Shown here in pieces: positions 29,300-40,787 of a DNA stretch of 64,000 nt. Within the stretch, counting starts at the first letter, position 1; each line of letters begins with the position of its first letter. The DNA is from Lepidodermella squamata (Eukaryota; Animalia; Gastrotricha). The stretch covers positions 868,001 to 932,000 of the forward strand of contig JBLDXI010000016.1 of the NCBI GenBank assembly GCA_047495785.1, in the 5' to 3' direction. The notes under the pieces were generated by a model. That model made no database searches, was not told the origin of the DNA, and saw only the letters and a program-made list of their open reading frames with translations. Made by a program: the position numbers and the translations under genes.

Positions 29300-30484
29300 T
29301 TATTCATATGCTTGAATCATTAACATAACGAGTGCGATATCAAAAAGAGTAATGCAAGAAACTACAATAGAACCAGCTACAAAGTCATAAAATCTCGCAC
29401 AACTAACGCCGAGGTACCATCCGAAAATCTTCTTCTCCTGCCTGAGAAGTTTCCGATCCATGGAGCTTAATAGCAGCGTGTAGAAAGTCACTAGAATGCC
29501 TGCCAGAAATTTAGCTGTTACCATGTAAATCAAATAGACTGGCTCGGATGTTATCGGTAACATACTGGTGACCAAACTCAAATTAACAGCACAGGCGAGT
29601 ACAACTGTCATTGCGAAACTCGGCCTCTCCACTGTGAAAGGGCTCAAGAGCAAGCCGCAAACTTGCAAGGCAAACAGCCCAACAGTTGGTAGGAATACGT
29701 TGTAGACGTAATAGTTATATTTGCGCCTGAATCGAACCGTGTAAATGAGCCGTGTGATGTTTAGAGGGTAACCATTAGTTTCGACGACGATTTCTCGCCG
29801 CACTGTAAACGGCTCTGCTACTTTCCAAATTTCCGAGTCGGCGATAAAATTGTTCCTAGCCGAAGCGTCGATCTCGAAGTTTAACGGGTAATAAGTGACA
29901 AGCTCAGCCCATTCCAGCGAGCTAAATACTAGTTCGCAATGCAAAAGATCGAACGGAAATGTCTGGAAAGAGAAATTCGAGCATAGAACGTCTATTCGCC
30001 CGCTTGAACCCCACACACCCGACATTGAGAGAAATGGATACACATAAATGTCGCTGTAACCAGCTTTCTTTGGGAAGGGATCTTCGAACAGAGTCAGATG
30101 GTTCATAACAGGGTGCCATGTGAATTCGTTGGAGAGACGCGTCACCATTTCATAAGGTTTTACCCCAGCACATTCTTCTTCCGAAAGCAATTGAGTACAA
30201 GAAGGGGCGTCACATGGGAAGGGCCACGAGTAGCTTACAGCCGCCAGCATAGAGAGCCGTTGATTGATGTCATCAATTTTGATGAATCTGTAAAGCGAAA
30301 ATGCAACTTTGACTTGAATTGGATGGATCTTTCTGGCCACAAATTCGCTCGGCAGATAGCTGGAAGAGGCGGCAGGGCATATTTCGAGTATTCCATTACG
30401 CAATCGTTCCGCTACAGTTATATTGACAGCCCTTGCCCCATATAAAACACCAATCGAGCAAGTTAACATCAATTTTAGAAGCAT
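29300..30484 (-). CDS. Intronless divergent Cys-loop ligand-gated ion channel subunit
   Basis: Signal peptide, WHPVM, CSNFSFQTFPFDLLHC, FRRKYNYYVYNVFLP, four TMs including LPITSEP. Confidence 0.88.
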   Translation of the reverse strand: MLLKLMLTCSIGVLYGARAVNITVAERLRNGILEICPAASSSYLPSEFVARKIHPIQVKVAFSLYRFIKIDDINQRLSMLAAVSYSWPFPCDAPSCTQLLSEEECAGVKPYEMVTRLSNEFTWHPVMNHLTLFEDPFPKKAGYSDIYVYPFLSMSGVWGSSGRIDVLCSNFSFQTFPFDLLHCELVFSSLEWAELVTYYPLNFEIDASARNNFIADSEIWKVAEPFTVRREIVVETNGYPLNITRLIYTVRFRRKYNYYVYNVFLPTVGLFALQVCGLLLSPFTVERPSFAMTVVLACAVNLSLVTSMLPITSEPVYLIYMVTAKFLAGILVTFYTLLLSSMDRKLLRQEKKIFGWYLGVSCARFYDFVAGSIVVSCITLFDIALVMLMIQAYE

Positions 30485-30574
30485 ATTGGCAGCTAATATA
30501 TACTTAGTTTAACACATTTGCGTATAGATGAGTTGATGTTTACTCAGGTTTATTTGCTTGATAAGTTTCAGTAA

Positions 30575-32542
30575 TTACTCATCGCATAGCTTATCATTCA
30601 TGAAACATCTCTGATATCCGGGGCATTTCTTGGCTCCTTCTTTGCATTCGCTACATCCATCTTCGTCCACAGCATCGCGGCAGTCGGCAAAGCCATCGCA
30701 ATGTTTGTCCAAGGGTATGCATCGGAAGTAACTAGTTCTAACATCGATGCATTTGAATTGTTCCCTGTTGCAGTTTGGGCAGTCTAATTCATCGGTTTCA
30801 TCGGGACAATCGATCAAGCCATCGCATTGTTTATGTTCTAAAATTAGGTATTTTAAGAGAGGTTTAGATTCAGGCAGAAACTTACGATGGATGCAGATGC
30901 TTGAATTTCCGCATTTTACAGGACGATCGCTCGGGCACTGAAAAATCGGGGGAAAAAATCATGGCTTGCCGAAGTTTTTCCAAGTTTATCGGCTCACCTT
31001 TTGGCAGTGAGTTTCATCACTCCGATCATGGCAATCCAACTTCCCATCGCACAAACCCTGAATTGTGCTGAGATGGTCCCATCCAAACCTCGCGTCAAAA
31101 TGCTTCACACATTCGCCATTGTCGCAGCTCAATTGATGGCTCAGGCATGGGCAGTTTTGCAGTTCGTCATTGGAACAATCCCACCGACCATCGCAAACCC
31201 GATTTCTCCGAACGCATGACCCATCTGAGCAGAGAAATGACTCAGAGTTACACGGACAGTTCTGCTCATCGGTTGTGTCTTTCGAGATTTCGTCACAGTC
31301 CGTTATTCCATCGCACTAAAGAATCACAGCTTATCATTTGACCTCATTTTTAGGACATGAAATATACCACTCGGGATCTCGGGATACATCGATCTGAAGT
31401 TGCGCATTTCCTCGCTCCAGATTTGCAAACTAATTTGCCGATTAAAATTGCCTTCTTCATACAAATCACAAAATTCATACAAACCTGTACAATTCGCTTC
31501 ATCGTTACCAAGAACGCAATCGATGATGCCGTCGCACCTTTGAGCCTCGCCGAAGCAATTCTCGTTGCCTGTTGGTATACCATTCAAGCAGAAGTAAGGG
31601 CATCTTGACGGGCAGTCGTTTTCATCTGATCCATCCTTGCAATCGATAATCCTATCACATCGTCCGTTGATGGGAATGCATTGCCCATTGGTTTTACATT
31701 GGAATTGAAACCGTTTGTGGCAGGTTTTACATGACATTTCGTCTGAACCATCTGAGCAATCGTTCTGGCCATTGCAAATGCGACTCGAATCTATGCACTT
31801 CAATCCGTTTTTGCATAGAAACTTTGTCGGGCCGCAATTTGGTGGACTAATGGATACAACGCAATCGCTTTCATCTGAGCCATCAGTGCAGTCGTTAGTC
31901 CCATCGCAAAGCCAGCTTTTGCGGATGCATCTCGATCCATCCTTGCAAGAGAACATCCCATAAGCGCAGGTAACATTCACTCCGGGACATTCCATTTCGT
32001 CAGCTCCATCCGGGCAATCGAAATCTCCGTCGCAGACCCAACCATCGTCGATGCATTTTTTAATACTTTGACATGGGAAGAGATTTCGTCCGCAGTTGAG
32101 CTTTGTCCCTGATGGGCAGCTTAAAGGATTCTCATCTGTCCCACCTGGGCAGTCTAGTTGACCGTCACACAGCCAGGTTTCTTTCACACATTTCGCGACA
32201 GAGCAGTCACAAGCTCCATCACAGCCTGAAAAATCGCTGACTTTAGCGAAAATATGTGATAATTACGCCGAAAAGCATACATCTACAGTTAGTTTCATCC
32301 TGGCCATCAGGGCAATCCGATGCGCCATCACATACGGCTCGTATGGGCAAGCAAGTTGAAGTAGCCTTGCAGAAATATTCATATGGTAGACATTCGGGCG
32401 AGTCACCATCACCTCTCCGTGGTCGTTTGAATTTGCTATTATCTGTATAGTTTTTGTAACGTGAAAGAGCCAAAGCTGTGTAGCAGATTTCAAGCAGAAG
32501 TAATGCCAATACTAAAATCGCGACGTGTCCGGGTTTAGTCAT
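30575..32542 (-). CDS. Secreted LDL-receptor class A repeat protein (roughly a dozen LDLa repeats, multi-exon)
   Basis: Signal peptide then repeated C...C...CDG..DC.DG.DE..C units across GT-AG spliced exons; last repeat incomplete (LCDE*). Confidence 0.88.
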
Positions 32543-32969
32543 TGCTATATTCAGGTCCAGCTAAGCAGCCGATTCCTGAATACGTCCAGTAACATGACGT
32601 AGGTGCAGAGCACTTTTGGCTCCTGCGTAGACACTGGACACTGGACAATAGGCCGTACTTGACTCCGTTTATTTACTGTTCTACGCCGAGCTGACCATTC
32701 GTGTCAATGAATGAATAGACCGGATGGAAACTGGTTAATGCCGTTTTTCTGATTGATTTAAGTTAGCTTGAGCCAACAGCTAAGGATTGATATTATAGCT
32801 TTAAGATAAATCCCAGTTTGCGAAGTAGGACCTAGGGTGTCCTTTCGGGTATTTTTCAGACCAAAGGTTAAAGACATCAAAAACATTTTTATTGAGATCA
32901 GTCGTCAACGAGATTTAACGAGAAGCAGCTATTCAAGCCAGTTCTTGGTGATTCGAGTATGAGGCTTAT

Positions 32970-35075
32970 TCAACTGCAACCATTCGCCGAGCAAACAGCT
33001 GGACGTGAAATAGTTGAATTCTATGATAATAATTGATACGTGTCTACTCACGTTGAATCCCTGAGAAGACAAACAATTCTAAATAATCTTTATTCCCGCA
33101 GTTCAACTCACTGGTGAAGCAGTCGGATCCGGTCCACCCTGCATTGCACTCGCAGGTTCGTGGAGCGATGCATTTGCCACGCCTTTCGCAGTTGCTGCAG
33201 TTGGCTATAATATAAAAGATCATGCGTCATTTTCTGTCATTCATGACAAAAGCATACGCATCGAACAATCGGGCGGCAGCCAGTCGTTGCCACAGCTGCA
33301 TCTATTAGGCCTCAAGCAAGTACCGCCATTGGCGCAGCCCGTCGGGCAAAAAGCTGAACAGTGGATTCAGTAATAATAAAAAAATCAATTTCAATAATTC
33401 TCATACGCGTATCGCACTGATTGCCGGTCCAGCCTGGAGCGCACTGGCAAACGTTGGCGTTGGCGCAAACGCCGCCCAGACCACATGGAGGTGAACAAGT
33501 AGCTAGAAAAAGATGAATCCCTAATCCATAAACAATGACTATGTAGCGATGGAAACTTACGAACAGAACAATCCCAACCTATCCAACCGTTCTGACACGT
33601 GCAACGATATCCTCCCATAGCATTGAAGTCAGGTACGCAACTTCCAGCGATACATTTTGAGGGGCAGGTTATTTCTGCCGCAAATTGGTGAATGTGATCA
33701 AAGTTTTTAAGTGGAATTTGAATGAGCATATACGGTTAATAAGTTGGCACTGCGATCGAAGTGTAGCAAGATCGCCTGGTGACAATGCAGTGTTAAATAT
33801 TGAGACACAAGCGTACAGATTGTTGAAGGCGGCATCGAGAGGCCCTCCTAACCTGAGAAAATTAAAACGAAATTCATTAAAAAAACGAACATCCTGACAA
33901 ATTCGATCTAAGCGGGGTCATCGCTAAACTTTTTAGGGACACGAGTTCAAGCCCATAGAAAAACGAGGTTTTCAAAGTTCGATTATTAGTAGAATAATTG
34001 TGGGATGCTTGTGTTCTATACAGTGTTCCTCATAAGTAAGGCAACCAAAGAAAGTTCAGTGATAAGGGACCAGTATGTCCCCTATTTCTGAGCCAGGTAA
34101 AATACCAAAAATTACCGAAGCGTTCTCACCGCGTTTTTCCGGAATCTCTTCGGTGAAATCGTAGAAAATGTATACAAAATTATGCTATAATTTAGTAAAA
34201 ATACCTGGAATTTCCCTACAAAAAGGGAAAAAATCAATACGTAGTTTGAAACACCCTGTAAAAACGAACCCAAAGAAACTACAGGTTGAAGAGGGATCGC
34301 TGATAAAAATTCTGTCTAATTTCAATCATTACCGAGCTAAGTTCTGATTAGATTTTTTGTTGAGGTTTTCCTCGGTGAAATTTAGTTCTTTTAAAGAAAG
34401 GACATTTTTCAAGATCTCAGAAAGATTCAGATTTTTGGTTTCCCATATTTTCAACGTTTACCTTCTTCCCATTATCAACGTATCAGCTGATACAGGCGAG
34501 TCAGTCTTCACCAGAGGTTGGCTAACAACGCCATCGCATAGCGTTGTAACCGTTTTATTCGCCGCATTGTAAGTATACGCTACGAAGCGCCAGGTCGATA
34601 AATCGCAAGCAACTTGCAGCACTGGCACGTCGCCAACTTGGGCGCCCAAAAAATTAGGGTACATATTATCCGCATCGTCATATTTAAATCGCCACAGAAA
34701 TGACGTAAAAGTTGTTCCATTGATAAATTCGAAAATTTGCACTCTTGACTTAATGATCACGTGACCCGCCACCGTGAAAGACGTCAATGCGGCAATTTTT
34801 GGTGATTTCGTTTCGAACCAACTCGTATTGTCAGCTTTATTTGTCTCATAGCTACTATTTGGCGTGCCGAACGGTCCAGTTACTAAAACGGGGGCCGTTG
34901 TTTTGAAAGTGATATCCATCTTGTTGTCAGAAATGTCTCGTAAACCAAACAAGCTGTTCATCGGCCAGTAAGCCACGGGTTTCGGTAAAATTGCAAAGTT
35001 TGCTTGCAGCTGGGCAACATAATCCTGGCAATTTGCAGGTGATGATGTGATGATTGCGAGAAATAAAGCTAACAT
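32970..35075 (-). CDS. Paralogue of the LamG-EGF protein at 24998 (9-nt microexon 33060-33052; ~600-bp first intron)
   Basis: High amino-acid identity (YETNKADNTSWFETKSP, ITCPSKCIAGSCV), same exon structure, ends PVCSANGCS*. Confidence 0.82.
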
Positions 35076-35385
35076 TATTTTATTGTCTGAAATAAAAAGT
35101 GAGTCGGCCTAACAATGCGATTTCTTTCTCACTTCCCTCGGCTTCAAGCTTGATGGACAAGATTGGTGATAGACTGCTCCGAATATAGAATGGGTGATAG
35201 ACCATAAAATCGATCAAATTTACCCCAGACTTTATAAGCGAAAATATCGATTTCGACAGGGCTGACATTAAGTAATTATTATTTTATTTAAAACACAACA
35301 AAAATTGGGGTTTTTTTTAGCAAAAATTAAGGTGCGAGCAGGTACATTTATCGAAACAAGCAACAAAGGATATGAAACCAATGAG

Positions 35386-36864
35386 CTATCGCCTTATCAT
35401 GGAAAATTTAACGATTTCCTCCAAATCGTTCAGCAACAAGTAATCTTCAAGGCATCTCGGCAGGTCCAGACTTTTCACGGCATTTTTTCGGTCCGGAACC
35501 CCGATTGGCAGATTTTCCAGCACTTTTGAACGAGCCAAAGCCTGCAATCGCCGCGGGAAACAGAAATGAAGAAATTCGACCAGGTTTTTGACGGCAGCCA
35601 ATTTCGTCTCGAGTACAATCGAATTCGCAATTTCAGGCCGGCGGCGGTTGGTCTGCGAGCTGGAAATTACTTCACGGTTCAGGGTGTCTAATAGTTTGCT
35701 ACGGTCAAACGAATTTGAAGAGCAAATTTCCAGCAAAAATGATATGATAAAATTAGGCCTTTTCGCGATTGAGAAGTCATTTTTAGCCCGTTCGAAGCAT
35801 TGAAGAAAAGGATTTTTCGATAAAATCGACGAAATTCCAGTTAAATCGCCGGGTAGCACAGCGCCGGCTCGAAGTAGCGGTAGAATTGCGAACGCCATTA
35901 CGCTGTTGAAAATTTGAAAATCCAACATGTACATGAGCAATGGGTCGAAACAAGCCCTGAGAGCCGTGTTCAGTTCCGATTTTGGAGTTGCTGATAGAAA
36001 TAATTCAGCTCCCTCGGCGTCGAACATCATCGCTAGCATGATCGTATTCCGAACTGCATGATCTCGAGGCGATTTTTCGTTAATTTTATAGAAAAATCGA
36101 CATTTTTTCTGGCGATTTTCAAGAATTCTGTCAACAATTTTCGGCTGGTCTGAAATTGATTTGGTCCGATTCTCGAAAATGGAGCTATCAGGTTTTTTCG
36201 CGCCGTTTTTGATCAGGAATTTGAGAATTTGGCTCAAGAACGGCCCGTCAGGCCTTGATGGGAATCGATCTTCGAAGCAGTCGATCACATAACCAACTAA
36301 ACCAGCTTTATCGGTGATTCTCAGGCTGGAATGGGGCGATGCGCCATTTTTCAGCAGAACTTCAAGTCCGGGGAAAAATTGCTGTTGAATCGACAATCGA
36401 ACCAACGAAGTTTTTACGCAGCTTGGAATATCGGACATTTCAGCCAAGATTTTTTCCAAATTTGTCGAATCTTGCTCCATGACGTAGCAGCAGAGTAAAA
36501 TTTCGATTAGAGGACTGAACTGCGATTCGCTGGATTTTTCACGAAATTTCGAAATAATTTCAATAATTATTGGATAGACGCGTTGGTTATGTCGATCGAG
36601 AGGCATTTTGATGACCAGGCGATCGTGTTTAGGCATGTCAAGATGGAGCTCGTGGTCGAATAGAGGTAGTTGTAGCTTCAGAGGCTCGAGATCGATTGTG
36701 TTCGGTTCAGATTCGGGTTCCATTTTTGTCATACTTGCAAGTTGGCCGTTAGTTTTATCAATAATTCTTCGAGCCAGTCTGAATAGCTGCTGATCGTAGC
36801 CACGCGAGGAGAGTTGACATTTTCCACGGCAAATAAACAGCTGATGAATGGGGTTCACAGCCAT
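35386..36864 (-). CDS. SOCS-box protein with degenerate ankyrin-like repeats (ASB-like), single coding exon
   Basis: C-terminal PRRLQALARSKV...LDLPRCLEDYLLL SOCS box; LEVLLKNGASP, FLIKNGA and LLRAGA ankyrin-like helices. Confidence 0.8.
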   Translation of the reverse strand: MAVNPIHQLFICRGKCQLSSRGYDQQLFRLARRIIDKTNGQLASMTKMEPESEPNTIDLEPLKLQLPLFDHELHLDMPKHDRLVIKMPLDRHNQRVYPIIIEIISKFREKSSESQFSPLIEILLCCYVMEQDSTNLEKILAEMSDIPSCVKTSLVRLSIQQQFFPGLEVLLKNGASPHSSLRITDKAGLVGYVIDCFEDRFPSRPDGPFLSQILKFLIKNGAKKPDSSIFENRTKSISDQPKIVDRILENRQKKCRFFYKINEKSPRDHAVRNTIMLAMMFDAEGAELFLSATPKSELNTALRACFDPLLMYMLDFQIFNSVMAFAILPLLRAGAVLPGDLTGISSILSKNPFLQCFERAKNDFSIAKRPNFIISFLLEICSSNSFDRSKLLDTLNREVISSSQTNRRRPEIANSIVLETKLAAVKNLVEFLHFCFPRRLQALARSKVLENLPIGVPDRKNAVKSLDLPRCLEDYLLLNDLEEIVKFSMIRR

Positions 36865-37451
36865 AAATTAATTCCGATCTAGAACAAAGGAGTTCAATAA
36901 AAGGATTTTTCCTTGAAAATTCATCAAGTTTAGGGTGTCTTGAATAAGGACGAAGTAAGGAGCATTACAGTGAAAACAAACCTCTCAATATTTGCCTTCT
37001 CTAGCGTGTTACCATTTTGTTATTTGTTCGGATTCTAATTCTGTATTACGCGCCAAGTGGAGTCGAACGCGAAATTTCTCTGTTTATTAGCCAAGTTACG
37101 CGTTACCAGTTACGTTAGAGGTTATGTTCTGACACCATTTGTGGCTCAAATCATTGAGGAAAGTTCGTTATCAAAACTCCTGTTATAATGATTTAGCCGA
37201 ATACTGTACCTTAAAATTACTTCATCTTATTTACATAAAATAAAGATAAAGAAACAATTAAAAATTAAATGGATATAAAGTGAAATAGAATATAGCTCAC
37301 CCTCTTTGTTGAAGTAATGGGATGCAAAGATTCCGTACCCCGAGCTCTCAACGATATGGTCAAATACCTTGGGTGAACACCTTTTCAAATAAAAATATTT
37401 ACGGACAATTTTTATATATTTTTCCAGGTACAGCGACAAAACAGCAACTTC

Positions 37452-37598
37452 GCAGAACAGCAAATGCGACGAAACAGAATTTGTTTATTTTGCGACAAAA
37501 CAGCAAAAAATTACAATGGAAAATATGGATCGTGTTCCTGCTGTTATACCGCAAGTTAACAAATTTGCTGTTTTGTCGCATTTGCTGTTTTGGCTATT
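37452..37598. repeat. Small inverted repeat built of GCGACAAAACAGCAAA subrepeats (MITE-like remnant)
   Basis: gcagaacagcaaatgcgacgaaacagaatttgtt vs aacaaatttgctgttttgtcgcatttgctgttttggc. Confidence 0.5.
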
Positions 37599-37862
37599 TT
37601 CTGTTATTACGGTCTGCCCCATCCGGAAAATGGCTGACCGGATGGTAAATGGTTTGGTACTGTTCAATATTTTGCCTTGCGCCGAATTTTTCTGTTCTCA
37701 TGAGCGAGTTCCATCGAAGGATTTCATATTCATCATATGAAACATTTTATTCACGGAAATTCGAAGAAAGATTCTCTCGTAAATTTGCATGATGTAGTAT
37801 AATTATTGTTAAAAATCATTGCTTAGTTAGGGTAGAAAAATTCAATTATCCCCTCGATGTCT

Positions 37863-38621
37863 TCAGTAGTACTGACGAAAGGCAAATTTTGCAGGCGACA
37901 GCTTTTGGATGCCGCTTGGAGTGACACCCCGTTTTTGCATGTCCGCGAACCTCGTGCCCCGCTTTTCGATGTTCGCGAACTTCGTGCCGCGCTTTTCGAT
38001 GCTGCTACGAGTGACACCCCGCTTTTGCATGTCCGCGAACCTCGTGCCCCGCTTTTCGATGTTGCTATGGGTGACCCGCTTTTCCAACTCGTCCTCTTGG
38101 TCGTAGTAAATATCGTCGTTGACAATGTCGAACTTGGTGTCCTGATCTTGCTCTCCCTCTTCGTCGTCGTCGTTGAAGCCCAACTCGAGTGGCTCTTCTT
38201 CTTTCTGACTCTGTTTATCCTCCTCAAATTGGACATCATCGAAATCGCCCCAGCAATCGACGGCCTTGCCATCACGGCTGAACTTAACATCGCATTTGCC
38301 GAAGCATTGAACTACAGTGCAGTTCAGTTTCTTCAATTCCTCTGTAAACCAGGGGTAAAACCAGATTATAGATTATAGTTATAAAAATTATTAGAAATTC
38401 TTACTTGAGCAGATAGGGCTTTGAAGAACGAACGCTGATTTCAACATGAGAGGGCACAGATCTTCCGGGCAGTTCTTTTTCGCAACTTCAGGCGTGGAGC
38501 ATTTTGCGAATTCTGCCGAGTTGCCCCAATCGTCGCGGATCGCCCTAATACGGCTAGGTCTTGCGACTACCATGGCGAAAACAGCCATTAGGACAGCGCC
38601 GAAAATATTGAGGTTTGTCAT
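37863..38621 (-). CDS. Secreted neuropeptide/prohormone-like precursor; exons 38621-38405, 38341-37863
   Basis: Signal peptide, 8-Cys region, acidic spacer, six KR-delimited 7-8-mers (VTHSNIE, GTRFADMQ x2, GVTRSSIE, GTKFANIE, GVTPSGIQ). Confidence 0.8.
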
Positions 38622-38693
38622 TGTGCGAATAAAAAAATTTCAAGTATAGAAAGACTGCGCGAAAATTTGTGGTTCTAGAGACTTTTCTCGCCA

Positions 38694-38700
38694 TTTTATA
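38694..38700 (-). promoter_or_regulatory. TATA box of the neuropeptide-like gene
   Basis: TATAAAA on the minus strand ~75 bp upstream of the ATG. Confidence 0.5.
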
Positions 38701-39689
38701 CCAGGGACATGCACTAATTAGGGAGTTTCGCAACTCTTCCGAACCAGTGATTCCACTTCTTGACAGGTGACCATTTATCTTCGCCGCTTTATGCGGCGTG
38801 GAAATTGCGTTATAGCAGAAAAATGAGCGGCAACCCGTTAATTTTTATTACCTGTCTTATTTCGCATGATTAGCGATTATCACACGTCTGCGGTTTTTTA
38901 TGCGCCGCAGCGCGCGTTGCGTCGCGGATTTTGCTACGATGAGGTCGAATAATAATGTCTTCCAACTCCCGAGGCATCACAAATACGACCGGCTGAATGC
39001 AAAAATTTATAAGGTGGAGTTCGATCGAATTGTGAAAAACAATTCTGAACTTTCTGATTTTATGACTCTTTACTACGTCAGGAGTTTCATGTTTTTAAGT
39101 GAAAAAAAAACAAAGAGTCCAAAGGAAAGTCCTCTCGCATTTTTAAATGAGATTGAAACAATTTGTGATGCTGTTCTTGTGACTTGTAAGTAGATTATTG
39201 ATAAAAAAACGTGTGCCGCGGTTAAAATTATGTATTTCCTCGAAAGATTTGGAAATATGGCATTTTACTAATTTTTAAAAACTTGATATTTTTTTAATTT
39301 AATAATTCGAATACGATTTTCGCTCCAAATGAAACCAGGGGACCCGCTACGTTGAAATCCGCTTGGAAGATTTTTCAAAAATTAATTAAAATTCGGATCG
39401 CCCTGAATGCAGGACGAAAGCTTCGGAACCGTGCAGGACGAAAGCTGGAAAAAAATTATGAAAAAACTTTTGCTACCAAATTTTTTCCTTGAAGTTTATT
39501 CAGCCAGTATCGGCAGTTTCGACAATTCAGACACTCGCGCAAATTCTTTTCATTTCGTCCTGAAAAAACCGACACTTTTTCTCTGATTTTCCCCTTTGTT
39601 AGGCAATCAATTGCGTAACCTACAGCTCACGGCTCAGTCTCAGTTCAACTTCGAGCTCTGTTAATAATTTATTTTTGCTTTACTCAGCC

Positions 39690-40728
39690 ATGAATTCTAC
39701 AACAGCTCCAAACCTTGATTCTTTCACCCATCATGCGCCGGAAGGCTCGCAATTCGACATGGCCTACGCCATGTCACGTGACTTCTTCGCCGGCGCCGTT
39801 GCCACCGGGGCCGGAAAATTTCTTTTCGCCGGTTTTGAGCGCGTTAAGCTCTACAGCAGCCTGGTTTCTCAGCCGCACTACGACCGCCACTTTTGGTCCG
39901 ACAACCTGCGCATCCTGCCCCGTACCATGCTCATCGACGGCATGGCATTTTCTTTCTACGATCACTACAAACGCGCGTTTCAAACCACGCGAAGCACGGA
40001 TTCAGGCGTTGATTTTTACAAATTTGCCGGCGCCAACTTGGCGGCTGGAGCTGCGGCTGGTTTGAGCACGGTTCTCATTGTCTATCCTGTTACATCGCCG
40101 ATATTGGAGCTGGACGAGACAAAACCTGTCGGCCATCATCGGCCCAAAACTTACCAAAAAGCTGTTATCGGTAGCATTTTAATTTAATTTAATTTTCAAT
40201 TTTTAAATAATTTTCATGAATTTTATGAATATTTTTTAAATATTTTTAAGAAAATCATAAACTCATAAATTATTATTATTTCAAGCTAAACTTCGATCGC
40301 ACGGTTTTTTCGGGGTTTACCGTGGCCTGTTGCCTTCCCTCGGCTGTTCCGCCCTGTACCGAGCCGGTTATTTCGGTTTCTACGACACAGCCCAAGGTTA
40401 CTTGAACACGTACCCTGGCAACTCGAATTTCATCACCGATTGGACCATTGCCTGGCTGACTACAACCGCAACAGCCTACCTCGTCTACCCGTTTGATATG
40501 GTCCGCCGTCATTACATCGGCATGCACGCTGAGGGTAGGGGCCTGCATCGCCAGCCTTCACTGTGGCGCGCTGTTGAAAGTGTCCGCAATGAGGGCGGTT
40601 TTTACAAGGGCGGTCTGGCTAGTGGTATGCGAAATATTGGCGCGTCTCTGACTCTTGTTTTTTACGGAATTGTCAAGAAAAACATGAAACAACATGAGGC
40701 TTTTGAAGACCAAAGGCACAGTGCCTAA
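39690..40728 (+). CDS. Divergent ADP/ATP carrier-like SLC25 protein; exons ~39690-40170, 40286-40728
   Basis: DFFAGAVA, NLAAGAAAGLST..IVYP, YRAGYFGFYDTA, YPFDMVRR. Confidence 0.82.
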
Positions 40729-40787
40729 ATTTAAAAAAATGTAAAACACAAATTCAATGGTATTTTTTTAATTTTTCATAGAAAAAT

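Noticed and set aside
30484-30580. LDLa-channel fusion protein by splicing GA|GTAATT to TAG|CTGCCAATATG
   Set aside because: The join is out of frame with the channel ORF, which has its own signal peptide
33890-34450. Intact Tc1/mariner element in the LamG-EGF intron
   Set aside because: TACAGTG and CACCCTGTA-like ends are present but do not form a matched TIR pair; probably degraded repeat fragments
37857-38378. 173-aa plus-strand repetitive ORF, or a CRISPR-like array
   Set aside because: Antisense shadow of the peptide precursor; the repeats are in-frame coding units in a eukaryotic gene with no repeat-spacer structure
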